A DNA stretch of 64,000 bases from Octopus sinensis (lineage: Eukaryota), in the NCBI RefSeq assembly GCF_006345805.1, contig NC_043002.1, positions 39,990,001-40,054,000 of the forward strand. Reading direction: 5' to 3'. How positions within the stretch are numbered: the first letter of the stretch is position 1; the number at the start of each line of letters is the position of its first letter. The notes beneath the pieces are model-generated. The model was not told the DNA's origin and searched no databases. It saw nothing but the letters and a program-made list of their open reading frames with translations. Made by a program: the position numbers and the translations under genes. Below, one piece after another: positions 39,869 to 53,880 of this stretch.

Positions 39869-39903
<35 letters not shown>

Positions 39904-40018
39904 ATGTAGGTAGGTAGATACGTATGTAGGTAGGTAGGTAGGTAGGTAGGTAGGTAGGTAGGTACATGTATGTGTATACATTTATATATATATATATAAA
40001 TACACACACACACACACA

Positions 40019-40066
<48 letters not shown>

Positions 40067-40129
40067 TATATATATATATATGGTATCAGAAGGAAAGAGT
40101 AGTGTCTATGGTCTTCACAAGCCCACCTG

Positions 40130-41200
40130 GACAGTAAACTGATACCATTAATATTCCTCTTGAACCTTTGTAAGTGAACTTCTGAAGGAAATTTATGATC
40201 AAAGAAAGAATTCCAGAGGACTAAGATTTTGTAAAGGAAGGACTGGGTGTAGTGTCCAGAATTATCTGTGGCAGGAGGGGAAGGGTGGAAAACTGATGCG
40301 AGGAGATGCGGTTGAAATGAGAATGCCTCAGCAAAGGTGGCATGAGCCTGTCTAGTTCCAAAGAGTATGAGTTATTATAAATAATTGTGGTAAAAAAAAA
40401 GGCAGAGAGAATGAACAGTGTGTTGTGGCAAGAGGCTGAAGTATGTCTACATGTGACTTTATGCTGGCCAGATTGGGTCCTTTTCTAGATGCAGTCTAGG
40501 ATACCTGTGTATGCAACAGTAACACCAGCCTGGAAAAAATATCACATTGCCTAAACTTGAAGACTGGAGTCCTTTGAGTAGACTATGTGGAGAGAGAAGC
40601 ACATTGGTGTACATACTTACAGTGTGTAAAACTCCATTTAGCCATTGGAGATACAGATGGCACTATGACAAGGTTCTCAGTGAAGTACTGGCTGACACCT
40701 TGGAGTGAGAGACAAAAATTCCAGAACCTAGCCACTTAGTTCATCAGGGCGGGTGAGAAGCCAGTCCACTCCAAAAAAGACAAAGAGCCTCAGCAGGTAG
40801 CACAATAATGGGAGATGAGGGTGTACTTAGGAAGGAAACGCCACTTTTCAGAAATTGTCCAAACATAATCATATGATCTGAGGAGGTAAAGAAGGTAATT
40901 CTGATTGAAGTGATAGTTCATTGGAAGATTGACATGAGAATACTTCAGGGTGGAAAACCAACAAGTACTAGGACTTGATTTTACTATGTATGGATAAAGA
41001 GTAGCAGTTCTTGCTATTTCTAATTGAGGTTAGTTACAAGAGTCTATGTGGAAGATACTGACTGCTCTAAAGGTAGCAGTAAGGTAGAAGAAGATAGCTG
41101 CTTGCAAACTGAAGAGAGGAAGGGGCAGAAACAGCCTCTGGAACAACAGAAGGAGTGAACTCGGAGCTAGGAGGAGATGAGTAGGGACCAGCTATCACTG
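40130..41200 (-). mobile_element. Highly decayed CR1/L2-group LINE 3' portion
   Basis: Minus strand gives LQPLA..., ELDRLMPPLLRHS and HYTQSFLYKILVLWNSF...FPSEVHLQRFKRNIN, matching the SFF.R...WN.LP...FK C-terminal motif. The upstream boundary is uncertain. Confidence 0.5.
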
Positions 41201-41334
41201 CCAGTCTACCAAATAGAGATCATTATAGATTAGGATAGTTTGGGATTGAATTGACCAAGGAAAGTAACATAGTCATGAGAGACTGAATATGCATGCAATT
41301 CTAGAAAGTGTATCTTAGCATTTTTATATGTATA

Positions 41335-42757
41335 CTAGCTGATGTACCTGGTAATTCTTGGAAAAATAGGGCTTATCCCTTGGTTCTGTTCTCAGAACTG
41401 TTTCGCATGTCCAATAACAACAATGTAAAGTATGTAACTCTTGAAACGATTTTTATGCATTTACAGAGAATACCAAACTGTCTTACATAGGATGTTTTCT
41501 AGGAAATCCCAATAAGTTATGAATACCCAAATTGTGAAGTCAGTTACATAATAACATGAAATTAGTTACCTGGTAGTAAGAATTCAAATAAAGTAGCCCC
41601 GAAAAGGGCTTTAATGTGTTCCCAAAATATGTAGAACTTAGGAGGAAATACCAATAAGGTATGTATACCAAAATTGTGAAGTATGTTACATAATAACAGG
41701 CTAATCAGATATGAGATGATAACAGTTCAAAGTAAATAACTCTGAAAAGGGCTTTTGTGTGTTTCCAGAGAATATTACCCTCAGGGGTGCTACTGTTGGA
41801 ATAGATTTACAATGAATGTAGAAACAGAATGCCATTTAGTGTTACAGTAGACATACAAATAAATTTGCATATAGATTCAAAAATAACATAGATTATCAAT
41901 ACATTTACAACACTTACAAAAACATCAACACAGCTATCAATATGAATTAAGAAAATATTCCTACATGTAAACAGCATATAAACTGTATGAGGTCAGTGCA
42001 GATTGCAATGTTATTGATAGATAAATGGTGATTTCTGCCTGCTTGTGTGGTTGGTTGTTACATAGAGTACATTGTTACAAAACATTAACACATCTATCAA
42101 TATAAATTAAGAAGGTGTTCCTACATGCAAACAGGGTGTGACATTTGCGATGACAGTGTATTTGTCTAAAACCAGAACAGTTCTACATGCAGCGCTTGTC
42201 AATTGGCTGAAATGACATGAAAGGCATCATTATTCACGGTATATTCGTGAATAAGTGACTATTTAGGAAAATATTATTTACTTGTTTAAGGGTTGTACTG
42301 GGTAAATTGCAAAAATAACTTTAACAGTTCAAATACTAAGAAATAAACATACTCAACTTGATTTATACCAAATAAAATCACTGACCTTTTCTATCAATTT
42401 CTTGTAAGAAAGTCCACATAATGTAGAATTCTTGTTTATTAAATCGGGAAGTATTTATTATATATTTTTCATTTATTAAATATAGGAAAATGAATGAGTT
42501 ATTTCCCTTGGCTAGGAAATGAATGAGTTATTTCCCTTTCCAGGTAATGGTTATATATGTGAATCCCTTCTAGGGGCCGTAGGCATCCAATTATAAATTT
42601 TTATTAAACTTCAATGTGACTAGTAACAAACTAGATTCTACTTTAGCATGTTGGCAAAGTTTCACAAAAATTCGTTAACAGGTGTAGACGACAAATTAAC
42701 ACAAGCAGAAAACTTGCTTTTAATATATAATATATATATATATATATATATAAGAAG
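41335..42757 (-). mobile_element. Non-autonomous Helitron (old) with internal duplications
   Basis: Plus strand begins A|CTAG with a degenerate hairpin CCTGGTAATTCTTGG and ends AAACTTGCTTTTAATATATA. Internal ~130-150-bp duplications at 41480-41770 and 41890-42140. Confidence 0.55.
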
Positions 42758-42820
42758 ATATATATATATATATTATATATATAGATATATAATGTATATA
42801 TATGTATATATATGTGCATA

Positions 42821-42862
<42 letters not shown>

Positions 42863-42902
42863 TATTATATTATATATTATTATATATATATATATATATA
42901 TA

Positions 42903-44022
42903 GTATACTGTTCTGTGATGGTAAGATCAATAAAAAAAGTACTCCATCTGGTGAGAGATAAATTTTATTTAATAAACTTAATATGTTTTTTATGTGCTAC
43001 TATTAGTTTCATGTGCTGGGGGTATGTAAGACAATATTTTTAACACATCTGGTGTTCTAGAGCACAATCATCAGGCACTGCTCACATGGCAGCCATCTCC
43101 CCATGTACCCCCAGCAACCATCATCAGCTCCAAACATCTGTCCATGACCCCTTAGACTTTGTGTGTGTGTGATATGTATATTATATATATACATACACAC
43201 ACACACACATACACACACACATATATATATATACACACACACACATACACACACACATACACACACACATATATATATACACACACACACATACATACAT
43301 GCATACATACATGTATACGGTTGTGTAGTCAAGAAGTTCCCTTCCCAACTATGTTGTTTTAAGTTCAGTCTCAATGCATGGAATCTTAGGCAAGTGTCTT
43401 CTACTATAGCCCCAGACTGACCAAAGCCTTGTGAGTGGATTTGGTAGATAGTAACTGAAAGAAGCCAATTGTATGTGTGTTTATAGCCATGTACATGTCT
43501 ATGTGCATGTGTGTGACTTTGTGTCTCCTTGTCATGTCATAACAGGATTGTTATCCTCATAAATGAGTACCACAGAGTCCTTCATTTCCAGTTTGCCAGG
43601 AAAATATGTCTGGAATTATCTTGCTTGGGAAGAGATAAGTGTTGGCAACAGGAAAAGCATCTGCCTCAACAAATTTTGTCTGAGACATGCAAATATGGAA
43701 CAGTGGAAATTAAAGTGATGACAACGATGATGATGATGATGTCACATACAGCAGATGTCTGCACATTTATTTTGGTTACCAAATTACAGTCACAAGATAT
43801 TGGTTAAGTCAAGGTTATGATAGAAGACACTTGTCCAAGTATGAAACTTGAAACCACTTAGTTGTAAAACAAATTTCTTAACCAAAAAATACAACTTTAC
43901 ACACACACACACACACACACACATTTATGTACGTACTTGTTTGTGGATCTGTCTATGTGAATGTGTGAGTGTTCACTTGTAAGTTCATTTCAAATATTTT
44001 CTTTCTTTTTCTTTTTCTTTTC

Positions 44023-44068
<46 letters not shown>

Positions 44069-44074
44069 CAACAC

Positions 44075-44105
<31 letters not shown>

Positions 44106-44122
44106 TGCTACAGCTGCTAGTA

Positions 44123-44182
<60 letters not shown>

Positions 44183-45428
44183 TCACTATTACTACCAGCT
44201 GTACTCATCTTATTGCACCAGAGCCACAGCTTCCCAGAATCGCTCACTCTCCTCATATTTCATAGTTACACTATTAATAAACCTTTATCAGTAAAGGGTT
44301 AACATGTATGAGAATGAAACTTTTTCAAACTTCTTCAGCTCAAGAATCTTTATAGTTTATGAAATCTTTCTTTACTACAACTGTCTTAGAAAACATAACG
44401 ACTAGATATCACGAGGGGAGGAAACTCTGTCCCCACCCTAAGATGGGACAGCATTCATTTTTGCTTTTGAATTCTTTCAGTCGACAATGTTTGTTGTTCA
44501 AATTGTTACTTATAAATAACAATAAAGCAAACAAGCAGGCAGACTCATTAGCATGCCAGACAAAATGCGTTACAATATTTCATCCATCTTTATGTTCTGA
44601 GTTCAAATTCTGCAACAGTTGACTTTGCCTGTATCTTTATGAGAGTCAATGGAATAAGTACCAATTGAGCACTCCAGTGCTCAAATTTCTCTTATCCAAA
44701 TTTCAATCCATGTGCCTCGTATAGAAGAAAGGATTTTTTCATGACAATGATATTCTGAAAAAACTGAGACAGTGTTAATGAATAATATTGTTATATAAGA
44801 ATAATTTCACAGTGTTTTTTTTAGGAGTGCAAGGAATAGGGGTGGGGAAATTTTTAATAAAATCTTAAGGACTTATCCATATTTTCTTTTAATGCTTGCT
44901 TTTCTTAATTTCTGTGTACTATACTCATACATCAATCTGTCATTGCTGTCTTTCTTTACTTGATTTATATATCGGCTCTCTGTCCCTTCTTTTAGCCTTC
45001 TCCAACAAATTGTAAGCACTACATACAATAAGCTCATTATTACCCTGCACACATAAGCAAAACAGGGTATTGTAATCACTTGTCTTAGTCTGTTTGTCTG
45101 TGTGTTTGCAACATTACTGGAAAACAGATGAATGGATTTTTACCAAATTTGGCAGAAATACTCATTTGGTGAGTGACTCACAATGATGAAAATTTGGTTT
45201 GATTATCTTCAAAACTGGTGGGCAGGTGAATCAAAATGTTTTGACTGAGCAGATTTTTCGCAAAAGAATTTATGTGCACATGGGTTATGCACCATTTTGG
45301 CATGTTCTCAGCAAAAGAAGCTATTACAAGCACATAAAAACATGTATTATGTTTATTAAATACGACTTATCTCTCACCAGATGGAATACTTTTTTTTTTG
45401 TTGATCTTACCATCATGGAACAGTATAC
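42903..45428. mobile_element. Putative old TIR DNA element defined by ~95-bp inverted repeats and filled with later insertions
   Basis: GTATACTGTTCTGTGATGGTAAGATCAA...CCATCTGGTGAGAGATAA...TTTATGTGC (42903-42998) is the reverse complement of 45330-45428. TA-rich flanks. Confidence 0.55.
45035..45200 (+). mobile_element. Helentron-associated (HINE/DINE-like) fragment
   Basis: ATTATTACCCTG...CAGGGTATTGTAATC hairpin, GTCTGTTTGTCTG microsatellite, and GGATTTTTACCAAATTTGG. Confidence 0.5.
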
Positions 45429-45674
45429 TATATATTTATATTTTTAGTTATTTATAACTTAACATTATGTACTTTATAATCCCTGATGAAGCCTAGAGAA
45501 ATACCCAAGTACCTCAATTTCATCTACTTCAGTATAGTTGAGTAATAAAGGTAGAATGAGGTATTTTTAATTCTTGGCTGAAACAGCTGTAAGTTATTTT
45601 CCCAATTTATATTCATGTATGTTATTTTGTAATAATTACTGGTATCCTTATATATTAATATATTTTATATCTTA

Positions 45675-46187
45675 CTAGCAGTATCGCCCGGCGTTGCTCA
45701 GGTTTGTAAGGGAAATAACTATATAAGCATTTTTAGAGAGTTACTTCCCTTATAGATGCCAATTCGGGCTTTCTTAGCCATTTCTGTTTTGGTGTCTTCA
45801 AGCCATGAAGTCGTTGTTCTAAAAGAACGCTGGTCTCCTTGACAATGCTTTACGACGTTGATTTCCTTACACTCCCTTCCCCACAGCTTCACGAGGGAGG
45901 GAAGAAGGGGGAGAAGCAAACAGGTGCAGGTGTGACCATGGACGCCAACTCCGCCGCCATCGACACACGAAAAATTATGCATTAAAATGGAATAAAAAAT
46001 GATGTTAAATTATTTTTAAAATCGTAGACTCATCGTAGACGCGCGCTAATACTCAGACGGGCTCGATATGAATCACGACTATAAGATACCCAAATTTGGT
46101 TAAACTGCACCGCAAAATGTGGGAGTAGTTAGGAATCTAAATCGAAGGGGACAGACACTCACACAACTACAGTTTTATATATATAGA
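45675..46187 (-). mobile_element. Non-autonomous Helitron, 513 bp, young
   Basis: Minus strand A|TCTATATATATAAAAC...CCTGAGCAACGCCGGGCGATACTGCTAG|T has a 5' TC, a 3' hairpin plus CTAG, and an AT target. CpGs are retained. Confidence 0.85.
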
Positions 46188-48496
46188 TATGTAAAGCATA
46201 ATATGTTATACATGTATGTATATTATTGTAATTGTCAGTTTAGTAAATAAATATATAAGTTAACATAATATAATGTCTAAAAGTTGATGAACCACCTATT
46301 GATCCCCTCCATTTTCTTATTGCTATATATACATATATATATATATATCTTTTGATTCAACCCTCATCTGCGTTTGTATAGATCGTGGTGTACTTATGCA
46401 TGTAGACATGTGCAGGTACATACATACATAAATACATACATAGATATGCAACTGTGTGTGTGTGTGTGTGTGTGTGTGTTGTACAGTCATGAATTTGAGG
46501 CTTTCATTTATTTATGAGTTGATTTCTTAATTTCAGTGGAATATAAATACCTATAATGGTGATACTTAAAAAAAAATGAATAAAATTTTTTTTTAAATCG
46601 AACTTACTAATTTCCCGATAAGCAGATGATCATATTATTTATATCCTGCAATGAACTACAGTATGTTTGTTTCCCTTACCATCATTGAGAGACATTGAAG
46701 ACACTTCTCAAATTCTATGCAATATTTTCTATAAGTATTTCATTTTGTTCATTTTCTTTTTCATAATCGTGATTATTATTTGAATAATCATTTATTTAGT
46801 CATATGCAAATTTTACTCATATGTGTTTCATGTAGACATCGATCAAGTCTACTTTTAGCAGTCATCTACTTAGGCATCTAATCCTCTTTTAGTCAACCAC
46901 TTACAAAACTTAATTCAGTTCAATTAAAAAGCATGGGTAAGCAATACATTGTAAGCTATACTATAATTTGCAAAAAGATTTTTCAGTGTGCAGGGTATGC
47001 ATCGCCCACCAATGCATTTTTTCTTTATTTTTAAGATGCCATCATTTATTTATATATAATTTTTCTTTTTTTTTTGTGAAAGGGAGTTTTGAATTATTTT
47101 TATATTGTTTTCTCTTCCTCACAAAATTGTTTTTTAGTCAAATGATACATTGATGAAATACAATTTCAAAGACCCCAATTAGACATTGGTAGAGGAGGAT
47201 AAAGTTTTTTTTAGAAAAACCGACATTTCTTTTTTACTGACTTAAATCCAAATTCATATTTGGTGAAATTCAATTTGAGTTTTACTCAGAATTTTGTAAT
47301 TATTTTTTTTTATTGGTTCAATTATCCATCCCAATGTTATGAACTGAGAAAAATTTTGAATTGAAAAATATTTTGAATTGAAAATAACTGTAAAAAAAAA
47401 AAATTCAGTAAGTAATAAAGACTTCAACTGTAAAATAAACTTCAATATAAATCTCACCACAGAATCTTTATATTTTTTTATTCATTTTTTTTTTGTTCTT
47501 TTTTAGGCTCACAATCAAATGAAATCCTGCCCTGTATGCTGAACAGTGCAGGAGGACCTAAAGCTACATAATCAAGTGATATGATATCAGTGAACCAGTT
47601 GTAATTGCTCTGAATTATTTACAGCCAGATATAGTTCAGAGGCCTTAGAAGCCAGCTGCATAATGCAGATAGTAAAATAACTGATGTTTTGAAGTTTGTA
47701 CTGTTGCAGCAACATGATCTTATCATGTGTGACTGTGGTGATGACAACGTTTTAGTAACACAAAAAGGTCTATAACTTGATACTTACACATAAGCTCAAA
47801 TTTAATACGAGATCATACTAAGATCATTTCATTAAGTTAATATGTTTATCAGTCCTCTAAAAAGAGAAAAACAAAACTTACCTTTTCACACTGATTGTCT
47901 GAACCGTCAATTACTTTCCTGATGAGAATTCTTTATATTGTTGATAGAGGCTTCTTACAGTTTCCATCTCCCAAATCCATTCATGAGGCTTTTTATTAGC
48001 TGAGGGCTATAGTAGAAGACACTTGCCCAAAGGTGAAAATTAAATTGTTTCTATATTTTTTTGCGTAGGCAATGGCCTAATGGTTAGAGTTTTGAGATAA
48101 TGAATGTTAGGGTGTGGGTTCAATTCTCAACCAGGTGATTCACTGTGTCCTTGAACAAAACACTTTATTTCTCATTGCTCATTCACTTGAAAATGAGTAC
48201 CAGTGGCACTTAAACTCCAGCCTCGTGGGCCTCAAGTCTGAGGTCCATGTTTCTATGTTCTATTTTCTTTTTTCTTCTGCATGTTTTTTTTTTTTATTTT
48301 ACCATTCTAACATAGCTTAAAATTCAGGCATGTGTGGGTAAAAGTGCCGGCATGACTGTCAGGTTTAGAGGATTGCTTCCTAAACTTCATGGTTCTGGGT
48401 TCAGTCCTACAGCATGGCGTCTTCTACTATAGACCCAGACTGAACAAAGCCATGTGAGTGGACTTGGTAGACAGAAACTGGAAAAAGCTTGACATA

Positions 48497-48578
<82 letters not shown>

Positions 48579-48839
48579 TTGGTGTTTCTTTGTCTTAACA
48601 TTGTGTGATAGTTGTAAATGAGTGTCACTGCCATACAAGCAGTATCCTTCATTTCCAATCTTCCATTAAAAACATATAACTCTGGGGAAATATTACCTTA
48701 CTTGGAAACAGGTGAGGGTTGGCAATGGGAACAGAAACCAGTGGTAGAAAATCTGCAATAAATTCTGTCTAAAACATGCAAACATGTAAAAGTAGTTGTT
48801 AAACTGATGATGGTGATGATGATGATGATGATGATGGAT

Positions 48840-49612
48840 CCATAGCACTTCCATCACTTATGATGATGAAGTGTGGATCCATGACACTTCCATCACTCAC
48901 CACGGCTCCACATACCATCACAGGGACAGGATTCTTAGTCTCAAATACATTGGGGTCATCAGAAGGGTAGTATGCAATCACTCAAGAATTTCTGCATTTC
49001 ACTTCAGCAGCCACAGGGAACTTCTCCTTGTCCACAAACACAAGAGGTCTTCTTGCACCTTGATGCTTGATGAATAACAGAAGCTTTGGACATCTCTCAG
49101 CTCTGATTGCTTTGGCCTTGGCTATTAGGAGGTGATGGCATCGTCAAACATAGCTAGTCATGCCAAAGTTCCTGCTCATAGCTGTGGACACCATGGAAAG
49201 GGACACATTGCATTTCTTTGCAAGAGTCATCATGGATGTGGATGAGTTGACCTCAACTGAGCATTTGAGGCCAATTAGAAACTTTGGATTGTACTTGGAA
49301 TCACTTTGAGTCTTGTATTCTTTTCTATCAATCTTTCTCTCTCTTTTAAATTGTTTATATATACAATAAACTGTTGCTTTGGGAAATTTTGTCACCTTAA
49401 CAATTTTATTGGCAGTGTGCCCAGCACACACCAAAATAATAAGGGTGAAACGATTCTGTTGTTCCATGACTTTTTTGTTGCTGAATCAATTTGCTATTTA
49501 CCTGAAAAATAAAGAGGAGGATTAGGTTTTCAAGAAAGCAAGGATTTGTCAAAAAAATGAACCCACTAAGTCAACTGCTTAAAATTGGTCTCAATTTATC
49601 TGCAAGACCCTC
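48840..49612 (-). mobile_element. Truncated Tc1/maT-like DNA transposon (5' end + decayed transposase)
   Basis: HTH region MEQQNR...AGHTANKIVKVTKFPKATVY...SMMTLAKKCNVS.SMV and TKNPVPVMVCGAVVSDG (TKHPASVMVWG-like). The end GAGGGTCTTGCAGATAAATTG lies next to a (CA)n tract. Confidence 0.7.
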
Positions 49613-49796
49613 TGTGTGTGTGTGTGTGTGTGTGTTGTGTGTGTGTGTGTGTGTGGTGTGTGTGTGTGTGTGTGTTGTGTGTGTGTGTGTTTGAGTGTGT
49701 GTGTAGAGAGAGAGGAGATATATACATACATACATACATACATACACATACATGCATACATACATACATACATGCATACATACATACATACATACA

Positions 49797-49830
<34 letters not shown>

Positions 49831-50384
49831 CATACATATATACATACATACATCATCATTTAACATCCATTTTCCAAGCTGGCATAAGCTGAACATTTTG
49901 ATGGAAAGTGGCAAATCAGAAGACTCCAAAATGCTCTGTTCTCTGCTTTGATATGGTTTCTATGGTTGGATGCCCTTCCTAATGCTCACCACTTTACAGA
50001 GTGCACTTGGTGCTTTTTACGTGGTAATGTCATTAAGTAACTGGTAAACAAAATCCCTCTACTGAAGTGAGAAGTAGTATTGAGGAAAGAATACAGTGTC
50101 TTGTATTATAGGTGAAACATGGCCACCTCTGGTGGAGAGAGGGTGGAAATTGAGAGGAGAGAGAGAGAGACCAGGGAGTGGGATAGCAGATGCCGTTGAC
50201 CCAAGTTACAAGGAAGAGTATATAGCAAACGGAACCAGGCATTGGATAGGGTGAATGAGTGAGTTCACAAGATCGCAAATTAAGTGTGGCAAATGGAGAG
50301 GGAATGAAATCAGTGGGCACAGGTAGGGGTGGGAGGGTATTAGGATACGCTATACACACACGCACGTGTGTGCGCGTGTGTGTA

Positions 50385-50432
<48 letters not shown>

Positions 50433-50654
50433 ATTGTCTCCCCACTGCTTGAAAACTGATGTTGTTCTGTTTATATCCCCAGTAACTCCGTTGTTCCGCA
50501 AAAGAGCCTAATAGAGTAAGAACAATTTTTTTTTTGTTAAGTACTGGGTTTTATTTGGTCGACTAAACCCTTCAAGGTGGTGCCTTAACATTGCCTCGGT
50601 CTAATGACAGAGAAGTAGATGATAAAAGATAGTTAGCTTTAAATATATTGGTTC

Positions 50655-51030
50655 CAAATTTTGGCACAAGGCCAGCAATTTCGGGAGTTGGGGTAAGTCA
50701 ATTACATCAACTCCAGTAATCAACTGGTACTTATTTTATCGTTCTTGAAACGATAAAAGACAAATCGACCTTGGCAGGATTTGAACTCAAAATGCAAAAA
50801 TGGACAAAATGCCACTAAGCATTTTTTCCAGCATGTTAATGATTCTTTTCTACTCTAGGCACAAGGCTCGAAATTTTGGGGGAGGGAGCCGGTCGATTAG
50901 ATCGACCCCAGTATGCAACTGGTACTTAATTTATCGACCCCAAAAGGATGAAAGGTAAAGTCGACCTCGGCGGAATTTGAACTCAGAACGTAAAGACTGG
51001 CGTGCTATCGATTCTGCAAGCTTGCTGCCC
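50655..51030 (-). mobile_element. Two adjacent Meta/MESC-domain SINEs
   Basis: Two copies of CTGGTACTT...ATCG...GATRAAAG...GTCGACCT...GAATTTGAACTC. Confidence 0.7.
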
Positions 51031-51805
51031 TAGTAAGTATTAAATATATTGAACAAACCTCAAAAGTATTCCAGCTATGACCATTCCATCTATTTGTAAA
51101 TCTAAGACTACACTACCCAATGTGATCTTCCAATTTTTTTTTAATGACTGAATGATAAGGGAGACAACTCTAAGCGAAAATTAAAATGAATTGACCCATC
51201 CGAGTAAATTAAAATTGGAAACATTAAAGTTAATTAGATTTAGAAATAGAATGAATATTTTGCATTAGTGTTTGCTTTTTTAATTAAGTTTTTATGCTTG
51301 TGCTTGAATGATAACGTGCGTCTATCATGTCAGCAAATATAATGACATTTTTGCTTCAACGGAAAATGAATGAGGTTTGAAGTTGTCTCCCTTGAGACAA
51401 GTAGGTAAGGGAGGTAACTCTAAGCTACGAAATCGCCATGAGTTCAGTTTACAACGCGAACCAAAATGGTTTACACATTTACTTTTAATTCATTCCGCCA
51501 GATTCGAACGTGGATATGCTACTCCTTGATGTATTTCATCAATAGAGGACAACTTCTCCCTTCGGAGATGCTCCTGACTCACTTGATTTATTAGTAAATT
51601 GAGTAAGTCATGAGCACATATTCTCTATTGCCGTGATGCAATCTCGATTAGCATATACACATTCGCATCTGCCAGAACGATTCAAGACTGAATATATGTC
51701 ATCGTGATCAAAATAATATTAATCATTAGGTTCATGTCTTCTTAACATTTTGGATTATATTTTTGATGATGATTCACTAAGTACCTTAATACTAGTATGA
51801 GTGTA

Positions 51806-52182
51806 GGAGGCGCAATAGCCCAGTGGTTAGAGCAGCGGACTCGCGGTCGTAGGATCGCGGTTTCGATTCCCAGATCGGGCGTGTTTATTGAGCGAAAACA
51901 CCTAAAGCTCCACGAGGCTCCGGCAGGGATGGTGGTGATCCCTGTGGTACTCTTTCACCACAACTTTCTCTCACTCTTACTTCCTGTTTCTGTTGTACCT
52001 GTATTTCAAAGGGCCGGCCTTGTCACTCTCTGTGTCACGCTGAATATCCCCGAGAACTACGTTAAGGGTACACGTGTCTGTGGAGTGCTCAGCCACTTGC
52101 ACGTTAATTTCACGAGCAGGCTGTTCTGTTGATCGGATCAACCGGAACCCTCGTCGTCGTAACCGACGGAGTGCTTCCATCC
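51806..52182 (+). mobile_element. Young full-length tRNA-derived SINE with TSD
   Basis: A box TAGCCCAGTGG and B box GGTTTCGATTCCC. CpGs are intact. Flanked by the direct repeat ACTAGTATGAGT (51791-51802 and 52183-52194). Confidence 0.85.
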
Positions 52183-52299
52183 ACTAGTATGAGTATGGTC
52201 GCTTAATACATAAACAAAGTCCTGAAAGAGCCAACAGTCAAAGCACCAAATTGTTGATCATAAAAAACCGTCTTCGATGGTCAGAACATGCAGCAAAAG

Positions 52300-52500
52300 T
52301 GGAAGAGTCAAGGTTCCCACGCCAAGTCTTATTCGGAGAGCTCACTTCAAGGAAAAGACTACAGGGTTGCCCTCTTTGACGATACAAGGACGAACGCAAA
52401 GCAACACTTAAAGCCACTGGAAATGGAGCATAAATTGTGGCGGTGTTCCATCACCATCAGAAGCAAAAACTTTTAAGTCACCAGAAGAGAGATGGAAGAA
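52300..52500 (+). mobile_element. RTE/BovB-like ORF C-terminal remnant
   Basis: QVLFGELTSRKRLQGCPL*RYKDERKATLK resembles the L(Y/F)GEL..GKR..GRP..RYKD..K motif. Confidence 0.5.
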
Positions 52501-53843
52501 ATTAAACAAAATGAGAGAAACGCTCAACAAAATCAACTTTGTCTTCCACCATCATTGCTATGCAGTCAATAACGTAGACTTTTCTATGCAAGAATTAGTC
52601 TACAAAATTATCGACGTAATCACCATAAAGGAAACGTTCAGCTAAGAAGAAATTAAATTCTCGGATATGAGATTAAGCGACCAATAAAAACGACAAATAT
52701 TGATTTCTTGCATAGGTACACGACTACAGATTTGAGGAGCAGAAACTGTTAATTGTATCATCGTCAGTATTTGACTGATAGATATTTTATTGATCCCAGG
52801 AAGTTGAAAATCAAAATAACCTTGACAAGAATTGAGCGAAGAATGTAACACAATGTGAATAAATATAGGCTTCAAATTTTGGCACAAGACCAGCAATTTC
52901 GGTGAGTGGGTAAAATATATATTACTAGTATTTTCTTGAAATAAGAATGTTGTATCCAGCTTGAATATATTGATTTTAAATTTTGGCATGAGATCAGCAA
53001 TTGCGGGGAAGAAACTAAGTCGATTAAACTGACCCCACATTCATCATCATCGTCGTTTAACGTCTGCTTTCCATGCTGGCATGAGTTGGACGGTTTGACT
53101 GAGGACTGGCAGGTCAGAAGACTGCAACAGGCTCCAAGGTTTCTACAGCTGGATGTCCTTCATAGCGCGAAACATTCTGAGAGTTTAGTGGGTGCTTTTT
53201 ACGTGCCGCCGGCACGAGGGCCAGTCAGACGGCATTGGCATCAACCATGCTTATTTTATCAACCTCAAAAGGATGAAAGGCAAAGTTGACTCCAGCGGCA
53301 TTTGAACCCAGAACATAAAGTCAGACGAAATGCCACTAAGCATTTTGCCCAGCTTGCTAACGATTCTGCCAACTCGCTGCCTTATCCTGCTTGAATATAT
53401 TAAGAACTATAATCAAAGTAAAGAATAACAGAATGGCTGTTACAGATTTTGTTGAGGCTGAGAGATTTATATTTATCAATGATTCGTTTATAATTAACAT
53501 TATTGATATGAAATGTTTGGGCTGTTATAAATAAGATTGTAAACTCAGGCTATAGACCTCACCTTTAGGAACGAATTTATTTTAAATAGTTATATCTATG
53601 ATTTCCTTTCAATTAGTTTAATCACCAGAAAAAAATTTCCCACAAATAGTTTCAATACAGTTTTAACAGAAAGATTTGGAAGAATTAGTTGAAAGTTCTC
53701 CAGTAACTTTATTTCATGTAAATAAAAGTTTGTTAATTTAAAAGTTTGCCAGCAAAATTTTATAAATTGACAATGTTCTTAAAGATGTAAATGTTACAAT
53801 GTATATATGAAAATAACAAAGTACAAAATTTTATATTCACATG

Positions 53844-53880
<37 letters not shown>

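Noticed and set aside
44024-44180. Foldback between (CTA)n and (TAG)n tracts
   Set aside because: Complementary microsatellites are expected by chance at this density, and there is no further structure.
51806-51880. tRNA gene
   Set aside because: A and B boxes are present, but there is no proper acceptor stem and it continues into a dispersed SINE body with a TSD.
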